Origin: Ramazzottius varieornatus
Lineage: Eukaryota; Animalia; Tardigrada
Direction of reading: 5' to 3'
Assembly (NCBI GenBank): GCA_001949185.1
Contig: BDGG01000003.1
Coordinates: forward strand, 4,013,158 to 4,077,157
DNA length: 64,000 bases
Shown here: in pieces, positions 39,089-51,539 of the stretch
Layout of the letters: every line of letters starts with the position of its first letter
Position numbering within the stretch: the stretch's first letter is position 1
Position numbers and translations under genes: made by a program
The notes under the pieces: model-generated
Database searches by the model: none
What the model saw: only the letters and a program-made list of their open reading frames with translations
Told to the model about the DNA's origin: nothing

Positions 39089-41318
39089 CATCAAATTTGG
39101 CAGGAAGCAGTAAGGAACATACCCTGCTTCCGCATTTCGCCCCACGGGTCAAACTCATCTGGGTTGGCATGTCCGGGATCGAAGAATTCGTACTCAGGTG
39201 CAGCTGGTTCATCTGTCTCGGCGTACTCTGGCCCGTCATGGCGACCTACTTCGTCTTCATCATCTCGATACCCGCCATCCGCTTCTTGGGGACCGTTTTG
39301 TTTCTCTGCAGAGGCTGGAAAGTCGAGATCCGGCACGACAGGTTCAGCGAAGGGAGCTTCGATATCAGCTGCTTCGCCGTTACTGACGAACGTCACTTCC
39401 ACGGCCTTCCTCTTGCGCCCTCTTCCTGGTTTCGTAACCACAGTCGCCACTTCTTTCAGCCTTTCAGTGAAGCGTCTGCAGACCTTACCTATAGTAAGCC
39501 ACAATAACACATGTAATAATTGATCATAATAGTCTTTTTCGATAATTCTGAAATCGACGGGCAAACTCAACAAATGTCTCATAATACTGCATACTTATTC
39601 GTACCAGGGTTAAGCAGTTCAACATATGCATGTGCATGACGTCCGCCAATCCGCGGTTGTATCTCTTCTCATATTAGTTATTCGTCGCTTTCACTGTTAC
39701 AATTGTGAATTACAGTTTTGCCTACGTAGTATGGTTCTTACCAAGCTTGATCTTCGGGTCCTTTGTTGTTTCAGGAATGTCCCAGAAATTCAGGAAGAAA
39801 TCTACTTCAGCACTGACGCGAGGTTGAGCTTTTCTCTGGAGAATTCGTTTGGTACGCATCTTGAATGCAGCCACGGTCTGCGTGACGGCTTCCGGAGCGT
39901 TGCCGACGACTCGACTGTTTATTTTGGCGTTGATCGACATTACCCTTTTGAATGGCACGTGAGGAAGGTTGATCGGTCGGTCAGGTCGACCTTCACTTCC
40001 GGCTACGATACCTCTCCTGTTCTTTTCCTGTATGACCGTCGCGTGCTCTGGAAGACTGTTATCCACCCCGAGGCCATCCATTGGAGCATCTACAAGAGCA
40101 TAATATATTTGACCAACGTCACAAAACTGACTTGTTTCTTAGAAATTAGAATAAATTCGAAGAAAATACAAATTTAATGGGCGATAAATCGGCAATTTTC
40201 TTAGAATAAATTCCGGGCATACGAAAGATGTTTCCAAATTGATTAGAAAATTTTGAACAGACCATTTTGAGCGAAACCGTCGGCGGGAGGAACACCATTG
40301 CCCATTCCCATTGCATCATCGTGATCCATGTCGAATCCATTCTCCTGGAATTCGTGATGTTGCTCGCACTCGGCAGGCAACCGTCTTCTGCCAATGTCGA
40401 CCTGCACGACGCGTCTATAAGCCTTTTCGTAGTAGCCAGGGTGGAGGTAGTCGAGGAAGAAGTAGCCTTCGGACGTCAGCTTTAGCGTGTTGATTTGGAA
40501 GTCTGCCCAATCGTTGCCTTTATTGCCACGGTCGTCGGTGTACGCGTGAATTTTCTCGTGTTCCATCAGTCCGAGTGAACGTGGCTGGGCTTCCGCCAAG
40601 TAGCATTCTTGGGACAGCTGAGGCAGTTCTTTGGCTTGACATTTATCAGCAGGCATCTTCCGGTTGGCTTTCTCGGCGAAGAACGATTCACCTTTCCGGT
40701 CATCGGTGGGCAAGGTGAGCGGATGTAGTGTTCGGTTACGATGTCTCTTTTCTTTATCTTTGTCATCATCATCGTGCTAACAGAAGACGTAGAAAGAACC
40801 AACATTGGACGCATTTCACAGGAGATTTAAAGAGCGCTGAGTTCATTAGCCAAAATATCAGGGTACAAGGCAAGCAGCGTATATCGGCCACCCCAAATTC
40901 CCAATGTGTCACGGCATGGTGGCAAAAATCAGGCCGTGACCGACTCGTAGTCGTTACCTCACGACCGAAAATCAATTACCTCTTTGTTGGCTTTGCCTCG
41001 TTGCGTTTCAAGGCTATCCCTAGTCCGTAACCCCAACTTGGCGACTTCGTCCACTCGTCTAGCCCAGATAGCACGAGCATTCTCCAAGACGTATGCACCT
41101 TCGTGGAGGTTGATGGTTCCTTCGATGGTCGATCCGTTGACGGACGTTATAGAATCGATGGCTGTTTCGAAGCTGTCGAGAAGGTCGGAGAAAGGAATGG
41201 CCCACACTGTCAAGCTCTTTAACGACTGCCTTAACGCTGCCAGATTCTCCAAATCGTTTGCTGAAAGGGCCCTTATCGTTCTCTGCACGTGCGGACTGTT
41301 TTCTGCGTCATTCTCCAT
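38348..41318 (-). CDS. NCAPH2: Condensin II kleisin subunit CAP-H2 (kle-2-like)
   Basis: N-terminal VWAIPFSDLL...INLHEGAYVLENARAIWARRVDEV; middle DEFDPW; C-terminal WENKL..FNLEEFG..DVCRSFLSILDLAN. Confidence 0.72.
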
Positions 41319-42222
41319 GTCTATATCGCTATCTGTAAAATCCCGTCATAATTCTAAATATGTAAGTTACCAGCGATAACAAAAACATTACCTAGACTAA
41401 GAGTTCGTAGGTATGCGACGTCTACTCACAAACCCACCTTCCATGTTCCCAGCTGGACGTTGTACAGGTTAATGGCGACTTCGGGATTTCCGTTGCAGCG
41501 TTGATCCCGACGATGTTCTTCGGTCCACGATTAGATGTTTTCAACTTTCACAAACTACTGGTACTACAGTGCCTGCAAAACATCTGGTACCTTATATGGT
41601 CCCGTCAACTTGGTAGAGTTATATGCTGCAGCCTGTACATGCAAAGAGGATAAAGAGCGATTCTGGGTTGGCAGTCAGCACTCAGCAGCGTTGGGAACAC
41701 TCAGGATGCGCGTTGTACAATATGGGATCATACCGCAGTCCAAAGTTCTTCCCGCCGATCTGCAGCTTGTATTCCTCAATCCTTCCGACGGTTTATGTCC
41801 TGGAATCTGGAGTGATGGTCACATTGGTCAAATCGGAAACTTTTGCAGAAGAAAACTGGAAGAACTAACGACTATTTGCTTTTCGTCTGCACTTCCGATC
41901 GAAATAAGGCGTGGCACAAGATGACTTGCTATGCGTTCTTGCTATCGACGACAAAGCAGGCTGTCTAGCAGTAAGGATTAGATCAAATATTTTGGCGGGA
42001 CTCAGCAGACTAAAAATGTTAATTCTCAGGGGATAGATACCCTGGTCCTTCACTGCTAGGGTTGTCACGCACCACCAAACGTCGAACCTTTTCTCGTGAG
42101 TGATTAAGCAGATTTACCGAAATTCGCCTAAATTACTTGCAGCCCCCAGGCCCCCAGCACCCTAAAGCACTGAGGGCACCCTTCCCGAATTCTGTGATCC
42201 GCAACGGCGCTGGCCGCGCTAC

Positions 42223-42347
42223 CAGTGTTCGGCAGGTAAACATTCCGGTACCCCGACTGAATCTCATCAATCCGAACCATTTCGGGTCTTTACCATGATA
42301 TGGCGAGCCATGCTGAGTAGCACGGAATGTTTACCTGGCTAACACTG
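42223..42347. mobile_element. hAT-like MITE, 125 bp, between NCAPH2 and ERGIC3
   Basis: TIRs CAGTGTTCGGCAGGTAAACATTCCG / CGGAATGTTTACCTGGCTAACACTG. Flanking 8-mers CGCGCTAC and TCCGCTAC match at 6/8 (decayed TSD). Confidence 0.7.
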
Positions 42348-42691
42348 TCCGCTACTAAGTTAGACTACTCCTTAGTAATTAGCGAATCCTCAGTGTACAG
42401 TTCTTGGAATCTCGATCTCATTCAGAACTCGTAAGAACGATCTCTTGTATTGGTGACGGATTATGGCTGCGTGATCTTCATTTGCTGACCGCTCTCAAGA
42501 TCGATGGTGAAGCCCGAGTAGGAATATTGAATCAGCTGGTGACCAGTGGACCAATCGTCTTTCTCCTGGCGTCCTTCATCTTCTACTGCCTCTATGTCCA
42601 ATCCACCTGCAGTGTGTGGCTGCGAGTGATTGTAGGGAGGCGATCGCTGCCTATCTTCTGAGCTGAGACCGCTGCTTCGCAAACGTCCAAA

Positions 42692-44134
42692 ATGGCGCTC
42701 GGGAAGCTGACAGACAAGATTCGGCCATTCGATGCCTTCTCCAAAACGCTGGACGAAATTCGCATACAAACTTTCTCCGGAGGCATCGTCACGATTATAT
42801 GTACGACGATTATGATTTTACTATTTATTTCAGAATTTCACCATTACCAAACGCTCAAGGTCTCCGAGACGCTCTATGTCGACGTGTCGCGGTCGGGTAA
42901 GCTACGCATCAACCTCGACATAACGTTCTTCCGCATCTCCTGTGGGTTTCTTAATGTCGACATCATGGATTCATCTGGGGAAAGAATGAGCTCTATAGAG
43001 AAGACTATAACGAAACACCGGACGGACATGTTAGGTACACAGCTGGAGGACAAGCCTACGGAAGTCGTGCAAGCTGGTATCGTCGCTAAAGATTCTTGTG
43101 GGAGCTGCTATGGCGCGGAGAAAGGTAGCCGGAAGTGCTGTAATTCCTGCGAAGACATTATCTCGGCGTACATGGAAATGGGTTGGGCATTAAAGTCAAC
43201 AGAGGAGTTTGAACAGTGCAAAAGGGAGCAGAATGAGAAGCATATTTCCATCAACAAGGAAGGATGTCGTCTGACGGGTAAATTTCACCTACCTGCACAT
43301 ATAAACCTGCACACGCAGTGGTAGACTGGCGTATGCAGATGGCTGAAATGAAGTATTTATCACCTACCTGCATACATTTACAGTGGGTTTGCGTAGTGTT
43401 TTGTGTATGCAGGTGTGTCCAGACTGAATAGATTCTGTTTGTCGCTCTTCAGTGGATTTTCAGCCCAGGTTTTTAAAGCATGAATATTAGAATTTGTTTT
43501 CAGGTTATGTAGAGGTGAACAAGATTCAAGGAAACATGCACATCGCTCCAGGCAATACATTCGGGGGGACAGGTGGTGGTCATTCACACGTGCATAACTT
43601 GATTCCATTCGAAGCAAAAGATGTGAACACCAGCCACTTGATCCACCACTTCTCTTTCGGAGAGAACTATCCTGGTCGCCTTGATCCAATGGATGATATC
43701 GAAGCGACCGCAGGCGCTGAAGGAGCAATGATGTTCTCGTACTACACCAAGATCGTACCCACCATGTACCATTCCATCACAAACTCCACCACAAGAACAT
43801 ACCAGTATTCCGTAAGCTCAACATGTTTCACTTTGGGAGACACCCGAAACTTTAAAGCTAGTCTGGCTTTGTTTTGAAGGTTACAACTCACAAGAAATCG
43901 CTAACCAGGGCTGGTGGTTCCATGGAGAAAGGGCTGCCAGGAATGTTTGTGTACTACGAGCTGTCGCCCATCATGGTCCAGATGGAAGAGCAGTACCGCT
44001 CGACAGCCCATTTTTTAACCAGTGTTTGTGCTATCATTGGCGGCCTTTTCACCGTAGCCGGCATTGTTGACTCGTTTATTTATCATACTCAGCGCGTGAT
44101 ACAGAGACAGCTGCATGGCCAAAAAGCTATTTAA
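42692..44134 (+). CDS. ERGIC3: ER-Golgi intermediate compartment protein 3
   Basis: Exons 42692-43277, 43504-43811, 43880-44134. FDAFSKT, CGSCYGA..CCNSCED, EGCRL.GYVEVNK, LPGMFVYYELSP, CAIIGGLFTVAGIVD. Confidence 0.95.
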
Positions 44135-44340
44135 ATTATATTTCTACATTCCCGGTTTTGCCAATAATTTTATACATGTTTATATTTTCAGACTGTGGGG
44201 CCAAAGCATGCTTGTTCACTGTGTAGAATACACATTTTTTGTAGTGAGAATAAAAGTAACACATTCTGACAGAAAGCATAGAAGCAGCCGAAGCGACTAG
44301 CGACATCAAATTTGCTGCATACTAAAGTCACTTCCGGGTT

Positions 44341-45351
44341 TCAGATTCGGAGACCGGGGTGATCATGAGAGTCTACAAGCGTTCCGTCGCTCTTGACCAG
44401 CCGTTTCTCCGGATCGAAAGAGAAAGAAATCGTCTTCTGTTCGAAGTCACGAGGGTTTCCTATCACAACGATCGTTCCAGCGCTACTTCCAGAGTTGCTG
44501 CTGTAGCTGCCACGTCGAGCTTGAGAAAATCCAGAGCTGGGCGGACTCGAGCCGTAGGACATGCTTGAAGGCGAGCGGGTAGGGTTGCCGAACTTGTCAT
44601 AATCATGGGAGGAAGTAACTCTGGGTGGAATCTTTCCATATGAGAAAGCATTGGGCGTTGGCTTGTTAGGTGTAGATGGGGGAGAGCTTGCATTGTCCGA
44701 AAACAACGGGAAGACCGAGCTGGCACCCGACCGAGATCCAAGAGCCGAGCTGGGCGAGGGACTGGTGTACGAGAACCCACCAGCGCTGGAAGGCGGTCGG
44801 TATCCCGAATCCGAGTACCCAGAACCTCCTGATAACGAACAGCTTTGGTGTAAATTTTCTTGACAGGTTGATATTTCGGGAGCTCTGCAAGCAAACTGGA
44901 CAAGATTGTTTTCCTAAGTGGTGCACGCTCCTAATCTTCTTCGCCGAAAGTATGCGCCACTTGGGAAAACGATCTTGTGGAGTTTGCCTGCCTTACCTCT
45001 GTTACTGCCTGAAGAGGACGCTCCTGTATGGTCTTCGTTGATGTTGATCACAGCTGGTCCAAACTGCTTGTTGTGTGTTTTGTAGAACTTGTCGTCGACG
45101 AAAAGATCAACGTTGTCGCTGAGGGAAGGTTGCCTCCGGGTGGACGCACTCCTCATCGTGGAAGGCGATCGAGCTCTTGCAGGTCCTCGCGGTCGAGCGA
45201 ACTCGGCTGTAGGGAGAGGAGTGGATGCATAACTACGAGGTGAGTCCTCCGAATAGAAAGATTTTTGATGGCCCCACTGCGGTCCGTTCTCGTCAAAATT
45301 CATTGCAAACTCTCCTTGCAACGGCAGTGTCATCCTTTTGGGCGCCATCAT
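44341..45351 (-). CDS. Ser/Pro/Gly-rich uncharacterised protein, 2 exons
   Basis: Exons 45351-44997 and 44828-44341 join in frame across a phase-1 GT-AG intron that contains a palindrome copy. Confidence 0.6.
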
Positions 45352-46450
45352 CTCGGCCGTTCAAACGGGACCAGAACGGACTTCCGGCGGGAGAACTTGC
45401 TGCTGTTGCGTTCCGGCTACTGCGGGACCCAAAAACATATCGGAGCGTAAGCGGAAATAGCGGGAAAGCTGGTTGAGTTCTGACGGAATGGCGAAGTCGC
45501 TAAAAAATTGTTTGCAGGCAGTTTGCACTGGAAACTGGTGAAGAGGGGTAATTTTGGCTTCGAATGTGCCCACTCAGGTGATATGTACGTTCCAGTGCAT
45601 TGATGATCTAAGCCTATCAAGGTGTTTGCTTTATTCCGTAGGGACTTGGAGAAGGACTGACAAGTGCAAAGAACCATCACTGTCAAGCCGTTTAGTTGAC
45701 TCACTGGGTCGTCGGATCTCGGAAGGTCTCGAGAGAGTATGGCGTCATTGCGGACTAACCGAGTAAACACTGCGTCATCAAGTTCTATTCTGGCCACGCG
45801 AGCTTCTCTTTGCACACCTGTTCCGCAGCTTCCGCAACCCACGAGACGGATGGTCATCATACAACCAGAAACACGTGAAGAAAGACCGAGACCTGACTTG
45901 ACGTTGAGACATGCGCGTACACCGGTACTCGTAATAGCTGTGAAAAATTGCCACACCAAATAATTTGCCAACAAATTTGATACAGATAATTACAGTATTC
46001 GCACTTTCAAGCGTCACTTCCACAAGTCATGTCGATGCAAAGGTTTGTTTTTATTTAGAACGCTGAGCCAATTCCGGTACAAATGGCACGTCGAGATATG
46101 TGCCGCCCAGCTCAAGGTCGCGCTCAGCACATGGCTTTGTAGACAAAAGGTCCGAAGTGTGTTCCGCTTCTCACAGGTACGCTTATTATCTTCAACAATA
46201 AGCTTGCTGTAAAATCTGACTCACTGGTTGCGGTTCTATGGGAAAAAGCAGCGGGCGAGCTCTATGGAGTATTTGGCACATGCTGTTCAACGAAGCTTCG
46301 GAAGATGTGTCGACATTGTTCAACTGATTAGCGGTCAATCAAGAACGATATTGGTGGATTCCAAGTTCGTATAGTGAAAATGTCTGTAAGGTGACGATAG
46401 ACTAAACCATGCTGATGTTTCGACTTTCGACTTTGAGATGATGGTGCAAG

Positions 46451-48167
46451 ATGGGTCTGCTTCTGGTCGTCCTTGTCAACGTGTTTGTTACAGGAGTACT
46501 AGGATCGAATCGCTACTATTCGACTTACCTACCATACGGCACGGTAGGTCCCTGCCGGAAAACTTTACCCCGCTATGTCCATCGGAAAATTGATGTGGCA
46601 CGTTTGTTTTTGCATACAGGGGGACAATATTGTTCAGCTGTACCACGCCCATGGAGGAAGCCAGTCACCTAGTTAGTTCTTTTGTTGCGCCGGTGGTGCG
46701 CGTCGAGTCCATACTTTGTTTTTACCGGTTCTGTTTTTTCATAGGTAGAAAATGGGTGGCGGAATGCTTGGACGGTAAGTCTTTTCCAAACAATTTCTCA
46801 TCCGCAAACTATCGGCGATCTGTACTCGACAAGGGCTTTTCATTTCCTTCCAGGGGAAGCAATGGTTGGAATCCAGTAAGCATCTACGGAGGTTCCACAA
46901 GGAAAACTGTCCCTTTTCAGGCGAAGTGCACGTCTTGATTTCAGGGACTACCAGGATGATTTCTTCAAGCTTCAAAACATGTGGTGCAAATACATGTAGG
47001 AAGATCTTCGAACACGGGCTGTGGTGTGCGACTGACAATCGTCTTCATATCCCCGACCTTTCAGGTTTCCATACAAGCCAGCCTCACAGGGCGCATATCC
47101 GTATTATCCCAGCTGCCACGTCAAGGATTTCGCCGTGCCCAACCAGAACTTTTGCTTTGACGCACAGGTATCTTGCTCTGTGACTGACCAAGGAACATTC
47201 TCACCGCGCTGATTTCTTGGTCTGCTCTTTGTAGAATGCTGCACGAACGGTTAACACATTCATGACAGGTGAGCCCTAAATCATGAAGAGCTTCTATTCA
47301 CACAATTACAGCACACCATTTTTCGTATGATAGCACTGCGCGACGACGAGTTTAGCTTCTTCATCTTCCGACCAGGCATCGGATACGGAACTGATGGAAC
47401 ACAGCAGTACAAGTGCTGCAAGACGCCACCAGGTTAGAATATCTACACAGCGATATTAGCTAGGGTTAGTAGGGTATTTACACACCATCATTATACTATG
47501 TATTATATAGGGTACTACATCGATTATGTCTCCTGCTATTACAAGCCGACCCGTGATCAGTACTGGGAGTATTACGATTCCCAAAACCACTTTGTAGTGT
47601 TCTGCACGTAAGCCAGACTCTACATTACCTTCCGTTCCGTAAAGTAACAGTTCGAAAACTAACAGCGGAAAATGATGATGTAGGGCGGGGTTCGTTATGA
47701 CGGGAATTGCGCGGAAGCTGAGCCCAATCAACCGAGATTACCACATCGAATGGATCCAATGCTGCCGCGTACGTCTTTCCTCTGTCCAGCTTTGCTCGAA
47801 ACTTTATTCTTCAGTTTGTGTCCAGGTTGGATATGGACCCCCACGCGTGCAAGTAACCCCACAAGCTGGGATGCCCAGCACCAGCTACGACAACTCCAGC
47901 ATACCGTACAGCGCTCAGTACAGGTCGCTGGATGATGAAGACAAGGACCTCGACCAAGCATACCTGCCATCCCACCAGCCCCATGCAACTTATAGGATGC
48001 CGCCAGCTCTTGATCAGGTTCCCACCATCTCTAGCGACGCGGAAGCCGTAGAGTGGCAAAGTCTACGGTACAAGAAAGGTCCCGTACCGAAGCTGCTTCG
48101 TTTGAAGCCGCCAACGCCCATGGCACTACACACCACCATGCTGGGCTCTGGCCTTGTTTCCATTTGA
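46451..48167 (+). CDS. Secreted Cys-rich protein, paralogue C
   Basis: Signal peptide MGLLLVVLVNVFVTGVLG; WVAECLDGEAMVGI, MWCKYMFPYKP, YKCCKTPPGY, FVMTGIA, IEWIQCCR. Confidence 0.75.
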
Positions 48168-48418
48168 AATCAATAAGAAAATCTGCGACTTCGAACTGAC
48201 ATCAGCGTGTTTGAGGACAGCCGAGCACGTCATAATAAATTGACAGATCTCGACGCTTAATGTTCCCTATGTGTGACAGTTTAGCAGTCTTGATTACCTT
48301 TTGGTTGGCACTTTGAAGGATGGGAAAATTTTTGGCAGCTCCTCACGATACGATATCGCTTTTGTATCTAAGGTTTGGCGGATACCGGTTGAGAAGTCTG
48401 CTCACACTTAGCAGAATA

Positions 48419-48575
48419 CTGTAATCCCCCGATATCTTCGCGAACTCCGTTACTCGTGGCGCCACCTACAGGAGGTACGTCATTCCATACGTACGCGCCT
48501 ATTCGCCGTACGTCATGTACGTTCGTAGGTGGCGCCATGGGTATCAGGCTTCGCGGAGATATCGGGCTAATACAC
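48419..48575. mobile_element. TA-flanked MITE (pogo/Tc2-like termini), 157 bp
   Basis: TA|CTGTAATCCCCCGATATCTTCGCGAA...TGGCGCCACCTAC and GTAGGTGGCGCCA...TTCGCGGAGATATCGGGCTAATACAC|TA. Arms are ~50 bp. Confidence 0.72.
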
Positions 48576-49027
48576 TACTTAGTCTAGCTGCGAGTATACT
48601 GTACGAGGAGCGAGGCCTTACTTCGCTTGCGTGAATACTTCGCCCAGTCAAGTTCTGCAGGTGGCAATGTTGGCTGTCTAGCTCGGTCAAAATCAGCTAA
48701 TCGCGTTGACCACCATGAGGCGACCGAGGAAAAGTGGCAAAGTTTCAGCCGTTCTGATTTTTCATAGGAATCAAGGCAAATGCAAATGTACACCTACCAC
48801 GTACACTTTATTTCTACTTTCGGTGTCAGATATGCGATGTTGCGACTGATTGTTGTCTTAAGTAGCGTATATTTCAGTTTAATTGGACAGAAGCGTGCAC
48901 CACTTGGAAAAACGATCATGTGGAGTTTGTTTGCCGAGTCCTTACGGTGTCCTTTCGCGAAAAGGCAAAACGTTATAGCGGCTAAGCAATAGAATTCTCT
49001 TTACAAGGAATAAGGTTCAAACGCCAT

Positions 49028-51539
49028 CTACGTCTTCTTAGCCTTCGACTTAGCAGAGACTCTAGGTTTAGCTTTTGGTAACGGAAGCATCTTAGCCTTT
49101 GCTTTTGAAGCCGTTGCTGAAGGCTTCTTTCTGGGAGCTGGAGTGGTCCGAGCTCGTGCCGTGGCCCGCTTTGCTTTGGTCTTCGAAGGGTATCCTTCGG
49201 GAATCTCCACCGAAGATTCGATGTTCGACTGTGGTGCGGGTACGTCACTTGCTATCTCCGCAGCCACCTGCTTAGCCGTCTTTCTCTGTCGCTTTGGTGG
49301 AGCTTGACAAGGGTATCCTTGGTTACTGAGGTTTTCATCTTCGCTGTCTGTCGCGCTTTCCTCTACCGCCTCGATGTTTCGCTTTTGGTTTCTCAAACCT
49401 TTGGCTTTCTCTTTGCTCTTTTCTATCGCGGCTTTCTTTGTGCTGATTTAGGTACTCTCAGTAAGGATTCTTTCATTGGAAACATCCAAACGGGAATCTT
49501 TTTCTCGACGTTTCTTTTGAGGAGCACTCCGGAGCAAGTTCTTGTGGAACTCTGAAGCGACGACTGAGCCCAACGACTCGCCTGTCATTATCTTTTTGAT
49601 TTGCAACACGTAGCTGGGAGTCCTGTCTTCTATCAGACCGATCTTTTCGCGAAGAATCTTGGCGATGTCGGCAAAATGCTGTTCACTTTCGAGCTCCGTT
49701 TTTTCAACGACTCCCAAGTGCAGATTCACTGTACCTCTCAGCACCTAAGCGTTAAACGGAAAAATTCCGGTTTTCCGGAATCCTTTCGTCAAAGGTCCAC
49801 CTGAAACGAATATAGCTCAGTAAGATAACCTTCGCACGATATGCATAACCAATCGAACCGTTTTTCAAGTCGCGCATGTTTCGACCCATTATTTCCGAAA
49901 ACGTGCGCCACTTAGAAAAAAGATCTTTTTTTAGAAAAAAGAAGTTTTTTTGCCGAGTTTACGTTGGTTTTGTATTACGTTTTCGCTGGTCCTCGATTGT
50001 AGAAAGCCAAATACAAGGGTAATCTTAGCTGGTACGGTCTTACCTAAATTAAAAGAGTACGGTGGGAAATCTGGTTTCCAAAGCCTCACGATGTGCGCGG
50101 GAAAGTTGCGGCGCGAAACCTCAAAGTTTGAGACATAATGGCATGGATCTCCATTTGACTGGGTTTTGGGCAAGACGACCCTCTTTGCTTAAATCAATCG
50201 ACGTGTTCAACCTGGATTCCCGAAGGTATTTGTGCTATTTCTGCTTTACTCCACCGAATACCTCTTTGTCCAGCGGCTGTAAGAAAGCTGGTCTGTCCCG
50301 AAGGAAGTACAACCACTCGGATGTTCTTCTCGTGCTCCAGGCAAGCGAGCAGAAACGCGACACAGTTCAGATGAGAAGAATGTCCTTCATAGAATAGAGC
50401 GTTCTGTCAGAGATCAAGAACACACATGGTTAACCTTGGTGCCACTCATACAAAATGGAGAAAGTTTGTTGGGACCAGCATTTCAGACAATGAATACCCC
50501 GGCGCACGTCAGAGACGTCAAAAACTTTCTCCAAAAATTCTGTCAAGACATTTGTATGCATCACTCCCGATGAATTCGTGCCCACATAGCAAGCGTCGTG
50601 TGTGTCTCCAGAATGAGATTCAATATGCATTTTCCTCTTGTAGAGAATCAGCGGTCGAAGCATCTTCCCAGCCGCGTTCCTCATAGCCATAAGGGTGATA
50701 TTTTCCCGGTCGGTTTCGGTCCCCTTCACGTAGCCAACCGCTTCTTTCACACCTCTCTCCGTATAGACTGTGTCGTAGAGCTCCGCCAACCTAAATCCTG
50801 ATTCATCCAAACTCCAAATTCCTTCAGCATCACGAAGAAATCCATCGTTACTCTGCTTCTGCAGGAGTGAAATCCATTTTCCGCAGCGCCTAAATGTCCA
50901 TTATCTTGACTTTTTGAAGCTCAATGCACTAAGTGTCCGCGGAGAAATTTCCCGATTTCTCACAAGGAGCTTTCGGTGCCATCGGTCGGTAAACTTAGCC
51001 CTGTTCATGCCTAGAAAAAAACATACCATTGACAAGGGTATCCTTGGTGTGTGACCATCCGGAAGTTGATTGTTGGCGCATTTCATGTTTAATATCTGGC
51101 TGACACAAATTACCCGAAGGTTATCCTTCGTACGAGTACGAGCCCAGAAGAAACTAGTCTTACCTTTTGCAAGGGCGATTTCCTTCACGATTCTAATGAG
51201 ATTACGTTTACCGAGGGGAACCCCAATCTTGGAACAACGGACGATGATTTCGCAAATTTCCGACTCTTCTTCAAGCGTGAAGGTATTGGGACGTCCGACC
51301 TTCTTTCCGTGTTCTCCGTTCACTTCGTTTCCGAGAGTTCTGTGAGGTATATGATACATCTCGGCGGCCATCCTTATAGACATTCCATCCTTGACTGCAT
51401 TTATGGCAGCTTCCATGTTGGGGTGAGCTTGTACATATTGTCGTTTCCAAAACTTCTCCGTGGATGGCAGGTGAACAGGGACAGAAGGGTTGCCTTCGGA
51501 AGTCGTAGGTGTTCTTGAAGGACAGCTCGGATCCATCAT
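49028..51539 (-). pseudogene. Decayed pogo/Tc5-like transposase (psq HTH + CENP-B HTH + DDE_1) with introns
   Basis: MEAAINAVKDGMSIRMAAEMYHIPHRTL, GRPNTFTLEEE, IWSLDESGF, LQPLD..FG, GFRKTGIF. Introns at ~51163-51011 and ~50044-49801. In-frame stops (50901, 49448) and a frameshift. Confidence 0.85.

Larger units (their letters stand above)
35186..43414. repeat. Palindrome family B: ACCTGCATAC-N29-31-GTATGCAGGT, five intronic copies
   Basis: Copies at 35186-35236, 36670-36719, 39585-39633, 43291-43340, 43366-43414. Confidence 0.7.
44878..49960. repeat. Family A copies ~44878-44995 (intron), 48830-48942 (downstream of transposase), 49835-49960 (transposase intron)
   Basis: Core palindromes and outer arms. 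Confidence 0.82.

Noticed and set aside
1570-44340. Repeated CACTTCCGG (ETS-like) motif
   Set aside because: It occurs in introns, CDS and intergenic DNA with no consistent promoter position.
45417-45974. 185-aa minus-strand ORF
   Set aside because: Non-ATG start and no recognisable domain; may be UTR of the adjacent gene.
49190-51050. GTATCCTT strings as U12 intron donors
   Set aside because: They are on the strand opposite the gene, so they cannot be donors.
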